In this document: positions 1 to 12,582 of the stretch, piece after piece
How the letters are laid out: each line of letters begins with the position of its first letter
Position numbering within the stretch: the first letter of the stretch is position 1
Assembly (NCBI RefSeq): GCF_009914755.1
Contig: NC_060931.1
DNA from: the human T2T-CHM13v2.0 reference genome, Homo sapiens
Direction: 5' to 3' (one strand)
DNA length: 64,000 nucleotides
The notes under the pieces: generated by a model
Told to the model about the DNA's origin: nothing
Database searches by the model: none
What the model saw: only the letters and a program-made list of their open reading frames with translations
Program-made: the position numbers and the translations under genes

Positions 1-2459
1 TTTATTTCAAAATTGTTATGAAGAGACTCAGCAAAAGACTTCTGGATTCTAAGAAATAGAGGTATTGAAGTATTCCTGGGAATTTCAGTCAGTTCAAATG
101 ATCTCAGTCCAGTTGGAAACCAGAATAAAGAGCCTTCAAGGTGGTTTTATATGCAGTAATATGAATGTGCTAACACTTGGGGGTGCTCACCCATGAGAGT
201 GCCAAGGAGACGTGCCTAGGCCTACACATGTTTTCCCAGAGCCAAGGAGGCCCAAAGAAAAAGTCTTGCTTTTATTACAGTAAACAGCAATCCAATTATA
301 AGTCATTAATATTCTTTAGGGGATGTGATTGGATTAAAACCCTGTATTGTAATTTACTAGAATAGAAACCATAATCCCTATAGTTAGTTGATGCTCTGGT
401 AAAATGATAAAAATAAGTCTAATGCAATACACACTAAAAATATTAAAGAAAAAGGGAAATAAATCCTCAATGTGATAGTTATACATACCCTTCCCCAACC
501 CTTATTACGATTAAATAAGAAAATTATATTTGCCCATTAAAAGTATGAAGTTAGGTGGAGTTAGACCATTTTTTAAAAATTTTGAACACCTTCTTAGGCA
601 TGTTGAAACAAATGGAAAATACTTGATATTTTTGTATAGCCTCTTGGCAGAGGAAAAGCCTACAGTATGTGTACCACTAATAAGTATTTGATTATGATTT
701 GCCATTATGAGCATTAAATATTTCAACAGTCTATGAAAAAGAGTGGCTACACTTCAAATTATTTTCAATAAAACTAGGTATTGTCTAATGGGCTTAATTT
801 GAAGATTTTTTATATGCATGAACTTCTTTAGTCATAGCTTTTAGAAAATCATAAGGAAGGTCATTTGTCTGTCACAGTTTAGTTGCATCTCATTTTTAAA
901 TTCAAATGTATTAATTTGCATGGCGATTACAAAGACACAAGTGTTTGAGATGATTGAAATCACTTTAGTTTGGAAACGTAAAGAATAAAGAGCATGAAGA
1001 ACAGACAGTGAGGAAAGGATTTCATAGGAAGAGAAATAGAACTGGGAGACCACTAATGATCAAAATAAAATTTCCAAAGTCCTTCATGGTTAGTTTTAAC
1101 GAGAAAAAAAGTGAGAATTAAAAGTAAGATTGTGATTGTTTCTAGTGAGTACTTTCCTTTTTAAATTACAGGAGTTGTTTAGGGTAAGTAATTTTGAAAC
1201 AGCTAAGTTGTCAAGAGTATGAACTTTATCTGAATCTTCTTGGAAGCTAGGCATGCTTAATAGATTTTACATAAATTCTCATTTTATGGTTTTCAATATA
1301 TTAATACCCAGCAGTCTTGGTAAAAAATAAACGCAAGAAACTTTGTATTGGAAAACAGACCTGGGTATGATCAACATTTAATGTTGGTTCAGTTATACCT
1401 TGAAATTTCTATAGAGTATGCATTTCCTTTGAGGACATAAAACATAGAACATAAGCAGCATTAGGATAGTGCAGAGCATAAATTTTGGCGATAGCCTGAG
1501 ATTCCATAAAGGCATGGGAGTTTGAAGAACATCATTATAATAATGCTCAAACCTCACAGTTACTTTGTCTACCATTTTCCTAATGACCCAGGCAGCTCAG
1601 ACCAAGACTAAAGAAAAATTCTCTGGCCGCTCAGTAACGTGGTAGAGTGGCTAGATTCCTTCTTAGGAGAGAAAGAACCAGCTTAGTCTTTCCTGACATT
1701 CCCTGACAGGTCCTGTTTTAGAACTGAGATATATGTTGATTCTGATTTGTTGGGACAAACAGACGTGAATGATTGTGGTCATCAGATTCTTTAAGTAGAC
1801 AGCATTAGCTGAGTTTCCCTGGGGAGAATGCACAAGATTCACTCTGTTAGTTCTTCTTGCTGACAGCAAGGCTGGAACCTGCTGGAAAACACTCTTCATT
1901 TTACCTGGTGCAGCACCCAGTATAGAAATAGGTATGAGGCCAGATTTGAGGAGTAAAGATAATTATTTGTCCCTCAGTCAAAATAGAAACTTAAGGAAGA
2001 GGTTGCTAAATAAGAAAATAAATTCTACCAATTCTCCAGAAAATCCCTGGCATTTCCCCAACCATGCTTTTATCAGCCCTGCTAAGGATGAAATAACTCT
2101 GTACTGATGAAAAATTATTTGCGTTTCTTTACACTCAGTTTTATCAGTTTCACTGACCTCCTCTCCGTTCTTAGCTTCAATCAGACTTAGGGGCAGGGGA
2201 AATGGGGAAGGGAGTGGAGTGGGAGGTAGAGATCAAGATTTGGGTAGAGTTACATATAAGCTCATGTAGTGTTGTGTTGTAGTGTTCAGTAATGTTGAAA
2301 ACTAAAATTTGGAATTTTTATTGTGAGAAAGTCTGTATTTTCAAAGCTGACATTAACTTTTTTATTCTTTTTAATTTTTTCTCTTTCACCCAAAGGTAAA
2401 TCCACAAAGGCCGAAATAGTTGAATAAAAACTTTAATAATTTTGTTTTTAATTTTGTAG

Positions 2460-2506
2460 AACTTGATCTTTTCCCTGAATTAATTGGAACTGAAGAAATA
2501 ATCAAG
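2460..2506 (+). CDS. PTPRZ1: PTPRZ1 exon 11 (47 nt), (E)LDLFPELIGTEEIIK
   Basis: tttgtag|AACTTG...ATCAAG|gtatca; the peptide joins in frame to EEEEGKD of the next exon, matching human PTPRZ1. Confidence 0.93.
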
Positions 2507-3984
2507 GTATCATAGCCATTTTTATATTCAAATGTTTTAATATTAAATGGTCTATTTTGAATTGTTGCTTGGGTGTTAGGTATTGCCACATGAATAGAAG
2601 TTGTGTGTATGATTCACTGTTTGTGGGGTTAGTTGCTAAGCTTTATATATAGATAGTCACATAATTTATATACATGATTCTCTTATGAAGAAGTTGAAAG
2701 ATGTTTTGATTGGTATAGTACTAAAAAACAAGAAATATAAATGGTGATGAAGAAAAAAACAATGAACTTTAAAAATAATTATAGCTATGCACTACAGCTA
2801 TAAACTGGAATTTTTTTAGTCTCCAAATTTTTCTGAAAAACTAAAATTATATTTAACCAGTTCTTAACATTCTACAGTTTATATATAAATAACCAACGAT
2901 TGATAGATTAACGCTAAATGTGGCCCAAAATATAAATTGTATATATATTTTTTGCCCATTTAAATTGTTTATTATTTAAGTTGATAAATATTAATTTACT
3001 CAAAGAACATTGTGCTGACAACAGGCACTTATACTACGAGTAGTCTATACTTTTTAAAGATAAAATGTATAGGTATTTGAGACTATAAATTTTAACATTA
3101 TTTTATTTTTTTAAATAGAGAGAAAATGATTGTTTAATATCTTTTATATTTCATCATATGCCCTAATGTGCTGTTCATCATAACTGAAATTATATATTCA
3201 GTTCAGGTGCTATTGTTGATGATAATACGAATGTGTACATGTGTATAGATTGTGTAGGAGCTGATAAAAGTGTGACAACTAGTGCTGTTATCTAGCAATA
3301 AATAACAATTAGGTCTTTCATAGGTATAAACTATCTTGATATTTTATGTATCTTATGGCTAGTCTCTCTTACAAGGGACTATTTTACCAAAATGACCAGT
3401 CTACTTTGTAACAGGAGTTTATAGATTTCAGCTAAGAATAACTTTATTTGTATATGTACTTACATGCTCACATGCATATGGAGATATATATATATATGTA
3501 TATATACACACACATACAAGCGATCAACAGAATTAAGTCAAAAAAGAAATTATATTTGTGCTGAGTTGTTAATTCAAATAATGGGTCTGACATACTGATG
3601 TAAGCCCTTTTTTCAGTAATTGGTGCCATGTATTAAATGATATTCTGTTTAAGTTCTGTCTTTTATATAAGTATTACACATCACAGACTTTTTAGAAAGG
3701 ACCAAGGAACAATCAATTATTTTTCATAGTAATTCCCATTACCATGATTCACGATCCATGCTTAGTTACTTTAGTTACAAGATCCATGTTTAGTTATTTT
3801 TCTTCTCTATTGCCATTAACCCTAAGGCAACTTTTACCATAAGCCTACAAAAGTTATTTAAAATCTTCCAATGTTAATTACTAGTAAATTTCTACATAAA
3901 ACTATAATATTGTATTTAGTATAATATTTAGCTGTGTGAATAGGCTACACATGTGACTTTATATGCATTTTAAAATATTTTCCA

Positions 3985-4380
3985 TTTTTTAATGGACATA
4001 TAATACTTCTACATATTTATGAGGTATATAGTGATCAAATCAGAGTAGTTTGCATATCCATTATCTCAAACATTTACCATTTTTCTGTGTTGGAAACATT
4101 TGAGATCCTTTTTTCTACCTATCTGAAAATATATATTATTGCTAACTGTAGTCATCCTATAGTGCTATCAAACACTAGAACTTATTATTCCTATCTAGCT
4201 GTAATTTTGTATCATTTAACCAATCTCTGCCTGTCGCCCCCTCGCCACTACATTTCTCAGCCTCTAATAACCACTATTCTACACTCTACTTCTATTAGAT
4301 CAACTTTTTTAGCTTCCACATAAGAGTGAGAACATGCAGTATTTATCTTTCTGTTCCTGGCTTATTCCACTTACATAATG
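3985..4380 (-). mobile_element. L1MA-type LINE-1 3' end fragment
   Basis: Antisense L1M 3' UTR motifs (catatttatgaggtatatagtg; agtgagaacatgcagtatttatctttctgttcctggcttatt). Confidence 0.75.
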
Positions 4381-4582
4381 GAGGTATATCTTTATTTTTG
4401 TCATACACTCTACAATAGAGATACCTAAAGCTATTCCTGTCATGGTGCCTCTGGTCTTGCCATGTACATATATGTCAAACACAAGCAGATCTTCCTGTTA
4501 GAGAAGAATGTGAAGATATGTGAGCAGGCTGGCTTGTTGTAGTCAGAGAAAAGTTCCTAGATAGGAGGAAAAAAAAAGCCTC

Positions 4583-4960
4583 AGTGCATCAGCCCAGGTC
4601 TCAACAGGAAACAGATGCCACACTCAAGTGGAGTCATGGAGGTTAATTTAATCAAAAAGGATGATTCACAGGTGTGGGAAGTCTTAATGCAAACAAACAA
4701 GGGGTGGCATTGTACATTTGGTATGAATTATATCAGGGACTCGTTGTTACATCTAAACTGAAAGGCAAGAGGGCAAGGAGAAGGTGCAGAGAGAATGGCA
4801 CAGCAGATGCTGTGGCCTCTGTAATGAGACAGCACCATCCTGTGGTGACCAGTTAGGTAAGGAACCTCCCAAGGAATAACCACATTATCTGGCCACCCGC
4901 CTAGAATGAATGGAGACAGGTGGAGAGAGGCTGTGGAAAGCAAAATGAGAATATACAACA
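4583..4960. mobile_element. Old MaLR (MLT1-like) LTR fragment
   Basis: tgcatcagcccaggtctcaacaggaaacagatgccacactcaa resembles an MLT1 terminus. Confidence 0.4.
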
Positions 4961-5719
4961 CACTGAGGAAGGAGTCACCTGAGAAAGCAGAGTAGAATTA
5001 AAAATCAATGTCATTACTTGTTGGTAGAAGGCTATGATCTAGAGGAAAATGAGGAGGAGAAAGAATTCTTATGACATTAGGCTTATTTGGTTTGTGGGGC
5101 TTTACCCATGGTGGTAGTACCCAAAGAAACAGCAGCTCTAATTCTTTGAGCTGGAAGAATCCTTGGCACTGCCAAGGGGGAGGGAACCAGCTACCACCAC
5201 ACAGATGGGGATTTAAAATAAAGGATACAGGAGCAGTGATTGGTAAGCTTGGCTTGGTAAATTGGTAGTAGTTCTTGCTATTGAAATTAACTATTGTATT
5301 AATAATATATTGTCAAATCGAAAGAGACCCATGTCACAATATGTCTTCCTGGAGCATGATTATGAGATGGGATGAAAACACTTCTTAACCAATCCACTAT
5401 TCACTTCCTTTGCTTCATGCAGGAATGAATGACAGGCTGGAAAATGCATGGAATATATTCATAATGACTTTTAATCCCTGAATATAGAAATAAAGAGTTT
5501 GAAGGATATTTCTTAGATCCTCTCCAAACAGAAATGTATGACTTTGCAAGACAAAGTATCTGTAGCATGATCATGGCTTTACACTAACTTTTAAAAATGA
5601 AGTTGTGAAGGATAACATATGACACAGATCAAAACTACAGTGGAAGAGTCACAATAACTCTATAAAGAAATTGTAGGAAAGAGTATTTGTTAAAATATTT
5701 GTAGTCAGATATGAATAAA

Positions 5720-6550
5720 GTAATCATAGGGTATGAATGATATGTTCTTCTTAAAATGTTGACATAGCCAATGTGACCTTACAGCGATCAACAAGATATG
5801 GTAGGGTAGGATTAATGAAGGTCTAATCACCCTCACTGGGTTCTGAGAGGTTCTGAACCTCATAAAGTTTATAGAACGCATATGTATCTGATGTGTGCAT
5901 AGTTTTTTCCCAACTATGTAATAAGAAGAGGTGTGTAGCATTATGTTACAATAAAAATTTTATGAAAATTTACATTGCTTATAGGAGGATATGATAAAGG
6001 ATGTTTATGTGGAAATATAAGCAAAGAGAAAGAAATGTAATATTATTGTGGAAGTCAATAGACATTGTTAGATCATATAGAGAAAATAGATGACATATCT
6101 TTGGGGAACTTTTGCTGTGAAGGAGAGACGAGAAGTAGAATGATAACTAGAAGGTGAATTAGAGGTTTTCCTTTGTGTTTCCTTTAAATAAGAGAGATCA
6201 GAGTTGATTTAAGCTGATGAGAATTATCTGTTTGAGAATTTGAGAAAACAAATCAGAAACACAAAATAGACTGAACTACTCAATTATGTTCAATTCCCAG
6301 GTTCATGATAGGGACTAGATCTAAAACACAGAAGTGCGAATTAGCTTTAGAAAGGAAGGAAAACAACTCTTTAGTTATAACAGGACAGGAGGGGCAGAGA
6401 TAACTTGGTTGGTCCCTGTTTTTATGTTAAGAAGAAGTGTGTCTTTGGTGGCTTCTATTTTCCCTGAAAACAGGAAGGCCATCTGCTGAGAATGGGAGGA
6501 AAGGATAGGAAAATGAAGGTTTGACAGAGTTTTGGTAGAGAGAAGGAGTG
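5720..6550 (-). mobile_element. Degenerate L2 fragments
   Basis: L2-like motifs (gaacttttgctgtgaaggagagacgagaagtag; gcttctattttccctgaaaacaggaaggccatctgctgagaatgg). Confidence 0.45.
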
Positions 6551-8178
6551 TGGAGTGATACCAGAAAACTAGGCAAATATTTAGGTTTGCAAAAACAAGG
6601 AAGAGTTTAGAAACTCCACACTGCCAAGCTTAACATTGATCCCCAGCAAAACTCTGCATCACATTATAAAACAAATATTTATGAGAACTTCTAAGGAAAG
6701 AAGAGATAATTGGCACCAACCAATTTTCCCTAAAAGCAAGTCAAGGCAAATTATTCTCATTTCCTTTTGCATTAAGTTTTTAGGTTTGTAGATTATAGGA
6801 ATATTTTATTTAGGAAATTATTTGGGAAAATCTCTCAGGTGGTCCTTGTGAACAAGGTATCACACAGAATGTAAAACTTCATAAAGAATACTGACTACTT
6901 GTAAGGAAATTTTTCAAGGGAATCTGAGAGAGTAGCCATTTTTAGCACTCAATATAATTCAGATCAAGTGCACTAACTTCCTAAAGTTGTCACTTATGCT
7001 TCAGAAGATACTCACGACCAGCCAAATAATTAAGCTGTAAATAATGAGGCAGCCATTAAGCTTGGAATCGTGTGTTTCATACAGTGCAGATTTCCGTGTG
7101 TATGACACATGCTCATGAGCACACACAGCTTAAGATTCAGATTCTTTCTACTGATACTGGTCAAGTTCTCAATGGCTGTACTCAGTAATTTTTTTCTTTT
7201 AAGGAACATGGCCTTAAAATATCTAATAGATGATCAAATAAATGACAATTCTAACAAGCTGTTGGGTACAAAGATACTGACAAAATCATGTCCCACATGA
7301 ACTAAAAAAAAAAAAAAACTTGATAACTTTGGCAATTGAGTTTTCTAAGTATATAATTAGATATAATATACCCAGTTTTATGTATATATACGTATATGTA
7401 TATATATACATATATTGAATCTTCCATGCAATGAAGATTATGCTTAAAGCATAGGTCTTGGTTAACTTCTAGCTAGAAGACTAGACGTCTCCTCCTGGGT
7501 CATTGCATGGAAGATTCAGCCTCCTGAATGGTGATTCTAAGGGAAACACAAAATTAAAAAACTAGGAGTAGAATCATATATTGACAAGTTGCCTTTGAAA
7601 TATCTGCCTAAGTCTTAAGTGGAAAATATTAAAAAACAAAAGGAAAAGAAAACCAAACACCTCTTTTAGTTCTAAATCTTCCCCTTATTATGACCTTAAA
7701 ATTATGATTTGCTCTAAATAGATATAATTAAATATTCTGAATGTTCAACTACTTTGGTCTTTAAAATAGTTTCATCGCCAATTCTTATTACAATAAGCTA
7801 ATGGCTATTTACCTTGATGCCTGATGAACAAAGAAATATAAAAACAATAAAATAAATGCCATGTTAAATAACACTGTCAATAAATAACTACAGTGTGTCT
7901 TCCTTTTAAATATGTGGTATCTATTCATTTAACCACTTCTTTCCATAGCATTAAAATAAAGGCGGCCATAAATTAGGTGTTTTCATTACGTTTAATTACT
8001 CCCCTGTAGAGCGGATGGTAAAGGTTGTAGGTTAGAGGTATGCATTGTACAGAATGGTGTTTTATGAGGATGAGAAGTTCCCAAGATACCACAAGTGATG
8101 ATTGGCAGTGTAAGATATGAAGATTTTCTTTTTCTCTTATTTCCTTATGACTCATTAAATCTTGTTTGCTTTTCAAAG

Positions 8179-11100
8179 GAGGAGGAAGAGGGAAAAGACA
8201 TTGAAGAAGGCGCTATTGTGAATCCTGGTAGAGACAGTGCTACAAACCAAATCAGGAAAAAGGAACCCCAGATTTCTACCACAACACACTACAATCGCAT
8301 AGGGACGAAATACAATGAAGCCAAGACTAACCGATCCCCAACAAGAGGAAGTGAATTCTCTGGAAAGGGTGATGTTCCCAATACATCTTTAAATTCCACT
8401 TCCCAACCAGTCACTAAATTAGCCACAGAAAAAGATATTTCCTTGACTTCTCAGACTGTGACTGAACTGCCACCTCACACTGTGGAAGGTACTTCAGCCT
8501 CTTTAAATGATGGCTCTAAAACTGTTCTTAGATCTCCACATATGAACTTGTCGGGGACTGCAGAATCCTTAAATACAGTTTCTATAACAGAATATGAGGA
8601 GGAGAGTTTATTGACCAGTTTCAAGCTTGATACTGGAGCTGAAGATTCTTCAGGCTCCAGTCCCGCAACTTCTGCTATCCCATTCATCTCTGAGAACATA
8701 TCCCAAGGGTATATATTTTCCTCCGAAAACCCAGAGACAATAACATATGATGTCCTTATACCAGAATCTGCTAGAAATGCTTCCGAAGATTCAACTTCAT
8801 CAGGTTCAGAAGAATCACTAAAGGATCCTTCTATGGAGGGAAATGTGTGGTTTCCTAGCTCTACAGACATAACAGCACAGCCCGATGTTGGATCAGGCAG
8901 AGAGAGCTTTCTCCAGACTAATTACACTGAGATACGTGTTGATGAATCTGAGAAGACAACCAAGTCCTTTTCTGCAGGCCCAGTGATGTCACAGGGTCCC
9001 TCAGTTACAGATCTGGAAATGCCACATTATTCTACCTTTGCCTACTTCCCAACTGAGGTAACACCTCATGCTTTTACCCCATCCTCCAGACAACAGGATT
9101 TGGTCTCCACGGTCAACGTGGTATACTCGCAGACAACCCAACCGGTATACAATGGTGAGACACCTCTTCAACCTTCCTACAGTAGTGAAGTCTTTCCTCT
9201 AGTCACCCCTTTGTTGCTTGACAATCAGATCCTCAACACTACCCCTGCTGCTTCAAGTAGTGATTCGGCCTTGCATGCTACGCCTGTATTTCCCAGTGTC
9301 GATGTGTCATTTGAATCCATCCTGTCTTCCTATGATGGTGCACCTTTGCTTCCATTTTCCTCTGCTTCCTTCAGTAGTGAATTGTTTCGCCATCTGCATA
9401 CAGTTTCTCAAATCCTTCCACAAGTTACTTCAGCTACCGAGAGTGATAAGGTGCCCTTGCATGCTTCTCTGCCAGTGGCTGGGGGTGATTTGCTATTAGA
9501 GCCCAGCCTTGCTCAGTATTCTGATGTGCTGTCCACTACTCATGCTGCTTCAGAGACGCTGGAATTTGGTAGTGAATCTGGTGTTCTTTATAAAACGCTT
9601 ATGTTTTCTCAAGTTGAACCACCCAGCAGTGATGCCATGATGCATGCACGTTCTTCAGGGCCTGAACCTTCTTATGCCTTGTCTGATAATGAGGGCTCCC
9701 AACACATCTTCACTGTTTCTTACAGTTCTGCAATACCTGTGCATGATTCTGTGGGTGTAACTTATCAGGGTTCCTTATTTAGCGGCCCTAGCCATATACC
9801 AATACCTAAGTCTTCGTTAATAACCCCAACTGCATCATTACTGCAGCCTACTCATGCCCTCTCTGGTGATGGGGAATGGTCTGGAGCCTCTTCTGATAGT
9901 GAATTTCTTTTACCTGACACAGATGGGCTGACAGCCCTTAACATTTCTTCACCTGTTTCTCTAGCTGAATTTACATATACAACATCTGTGTTTGGTGATG
10001 ATAATAAGGCGCTTTCTAAAAGTGAAATAATATATGGAAATGAGACTGAACTGCAAATTCCTTCTTTCAATGAGATGGTTTACCCTTCTGAAAGCACAGT
10101 CATGCCCAACATGTATGATAATGTAAATCAGTTGAATGCGTCTTTACAAGAAACCTCTGTTTCCATTTCTAGCACCAAGGGCATGTTTCCAGGGTCCCTT
10201 GCTCATACCACCACTAAGGTTTTTGATCATGAGATTAGTCAAGTTCCAGAAAATAACTTTTCAGTTCAACCTACACATACTGTCTCTCAAGCATCTGGTG
10301 ACACTTCGCTTAAACCTGTGCTTAGTGCAAACTCAGAGCCAGCATCCTCTGACCCTGCTTCTAGTGAAATGTTATCTCCTTCAACTCAGCTCTTATTTTA
10401 TGAGACCTCAGCTTCTTTTAGTACTGAAGTATTGCTACAACCTTCCTTTCAGGCTTCTGATGTTGACACCTTGCTTAAAACTGTTCTTCCAGCTGTGCCC
10501 AGTGATCCAATATTGGTTGAAACCCCCAAAGTTGATAAAATTAGTTCTACAATGTTGCATCTCATTGTATCAAATTCTGCTTCAAGTGAAAACATGCTGC
10601 ACTCTACATCTGTACCAGTTTTTGATGTGTCGCCTACTTCTCATATGCACTCTGCTTCACTTCAAGGTTTGACCATTTCCTATGCAAGTGAGAAATATGA
10701 ACCAGTTTTGTTAAAAAGTGAAAGTTCCCACCAAGTGGTACCTTCTTTGTACAGTAATGATGAGTTGTTCCAAACGGCCAATTTGGAGATTAACCAGGCC
10801 CATCCCCCAAAAGGAAGGCATGTATTTGCTACACCTGTTTTATCAATTGATGAACCATTAAATACACTAATAAATAAGCTTATACATTCCGATGAAATTT
10901 TAACCTCCACCAAAAGTTCTGTTACTGGTAAGGTATTTGCTGGTATTCCAACAGTTGCTTCTGATACATTTGTATCTACTGATCATTCTGTTCCTATAGG
11001 AAATGGGCATGTTGCCATTACAGCTGTTTCTCCCCACAGAGATGGTTCTGTAACCTCAACAAAGTTGCTGTTTCCTTCTAAGGCAACTTCTGAGCTGAGT

Positions 11101-11734
11101 CATAGTGCCAAATCTGATGCCGGTTTAGTGGGTGGTGGTGAAGATGGTGACACTGATGATGATGGTGATGATGATGATGATGACAGAGATAGTGATGGCT
11201 TATCCATTCATAAGTGTATGTCATGCTCATCCTATAGAGAATCACAGGAAAAGGTAATGAATGATTCAGACACCCACGAAAACAGTCTTATGGATCAGAA
11301 TAATCCAATCTCATACTCACTATCTGAGAATTCTGAAGAAGATAATAGAGTCACAAGTGTATCCTCAGACAGTCAAACTGGTATGGACAGAAGTCCTGGT
11401 AAATCACCATCAGCAAATGGGCTATCCCAAAAGCACAATGATGGAAAAGAGGAAAATGACATTCAGACTGGTAGTGCTCTGCTTCCTCTCAGCCCTGAAT
11501 CTAAAGCATGGGCAGTTCTGACAAGTGATGAAGAAAGTGGATCAGGGCAAGGTACCTCAGATAGCCTTAATGAGAATGAGACTTCCACAGATTTCAGTTT
11601 TGCAGACACTAATGAAAAAGATGCTGATGGGATCCTGGCAGCAGGTGACTCAGAAATAACTCCTGGATTCCCACAGTCCCCAACATCATCTGTTACTAGC
11701 GAGAACTCAGAAGTGTTCCACGTTTCAGAGGCAG
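8179..11734 (+). CDS. PTPRZ1: PTPRZ1 exon 12 (3556 nt), Ser/Thr/Pro-rich chondroitin-sulfate attachment ectodomain
   Basis: 1214-aa ORF 8095-11739; acceptor tttcaaag|GAG, donor GCAG|gttagt; Ser-Gly GAG-attachment motifs ([23 protein letters not shown]) and an acidic Asp tract. Confidence 0.97.
9152..9160 (+). promoter_or_regulatory. PTPRZ1: Internal 5' splice site of exon 12 (short receptor isoform PTPRZ-B; removes 9155-11734, 2580 nt = 860 aa)
   Basis: ATG|GTGAGA, phase 1, the same phase as the distal donor; the 860-aa deletion matches the known short isoform. Confidence 0.9.
11143..11184 (+). repeat. Coding imperfect (GAT)n repeat encoding [14 protein letters not shown]
   Basis: Direct reading of the sequence. 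Confidence 0.9.
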
Positions 11735-11739
11735 GTTAG
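11735..11739 (+). CDS. PTPRZ1: Read-through terminus of the secreted isoform (phosphacan/PTPRZ-S): ...SEAG-stop
   Basis: The unspliced donor reads GCA GGT TAG, an in-frame stop before the TM exon. Confidence 0.75.
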
Positions 11740-12259
11740 TTACGGATCAGAAGGACAGATTGAGGTGTGGTGGTTTGCTTGCTCTAAAAGTAAAATGAAA
11801 ATTATAGAAAGATAGAAATTTGGTAAAATGGTACATCATCATTTTTAAAATCAAAACATTCAACAAATCAGTCTCCAGTTTCTGAAGTATAATTTTATTT
11901 ATTATTTCAAACAATTATTTAACACATTTTGGTTTTTAATTTAATTCTCTCCAAAATAGACAAAACAATTTTTATTTATTGTCAATATTTCATACTCTAC
12001 AGGATGTCTTTTATGGGTGGGGGCAATTCTGTTTGCATAATACATTTTTAGTACACTGCTTTTAAAGCAAGATCAGAGTATGCTATTTTAGATGATTTTA
12101 ATTTTCATACTTTTGTTCTAAAATAAGTTGTAAACTAATTCTATTTAATTATAAAATGAATTATTAAATCTGAGAGTAATGTGACATAAGCACTTCTCTC
12201 TGACACACCCCTGTAGAAAGGAATTAGTTAATTTCCACATTCATATCAGCTTGGGGAGC

Positions 12260-12582
<323 letters not shown>

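Noticed and set aside
8095-8178. N-terminal extension of the 1214-aa ORF as a stand-alone gene start
   Set aside because: It is intronic pyrimidine tract upstream of the acceptor at 8178; the true frame comes from exon 11.
10136-10672. 178-aa +1-frame ORF inside exon 12 (also 9218-9499, 11261-11521 and the antisense ORFs)
   Set aside because: Ser/Thr/Pro codon bias makes stop-poor alternative frames; there is no recognisable domain or plausible initiation context deep in the mRNA.
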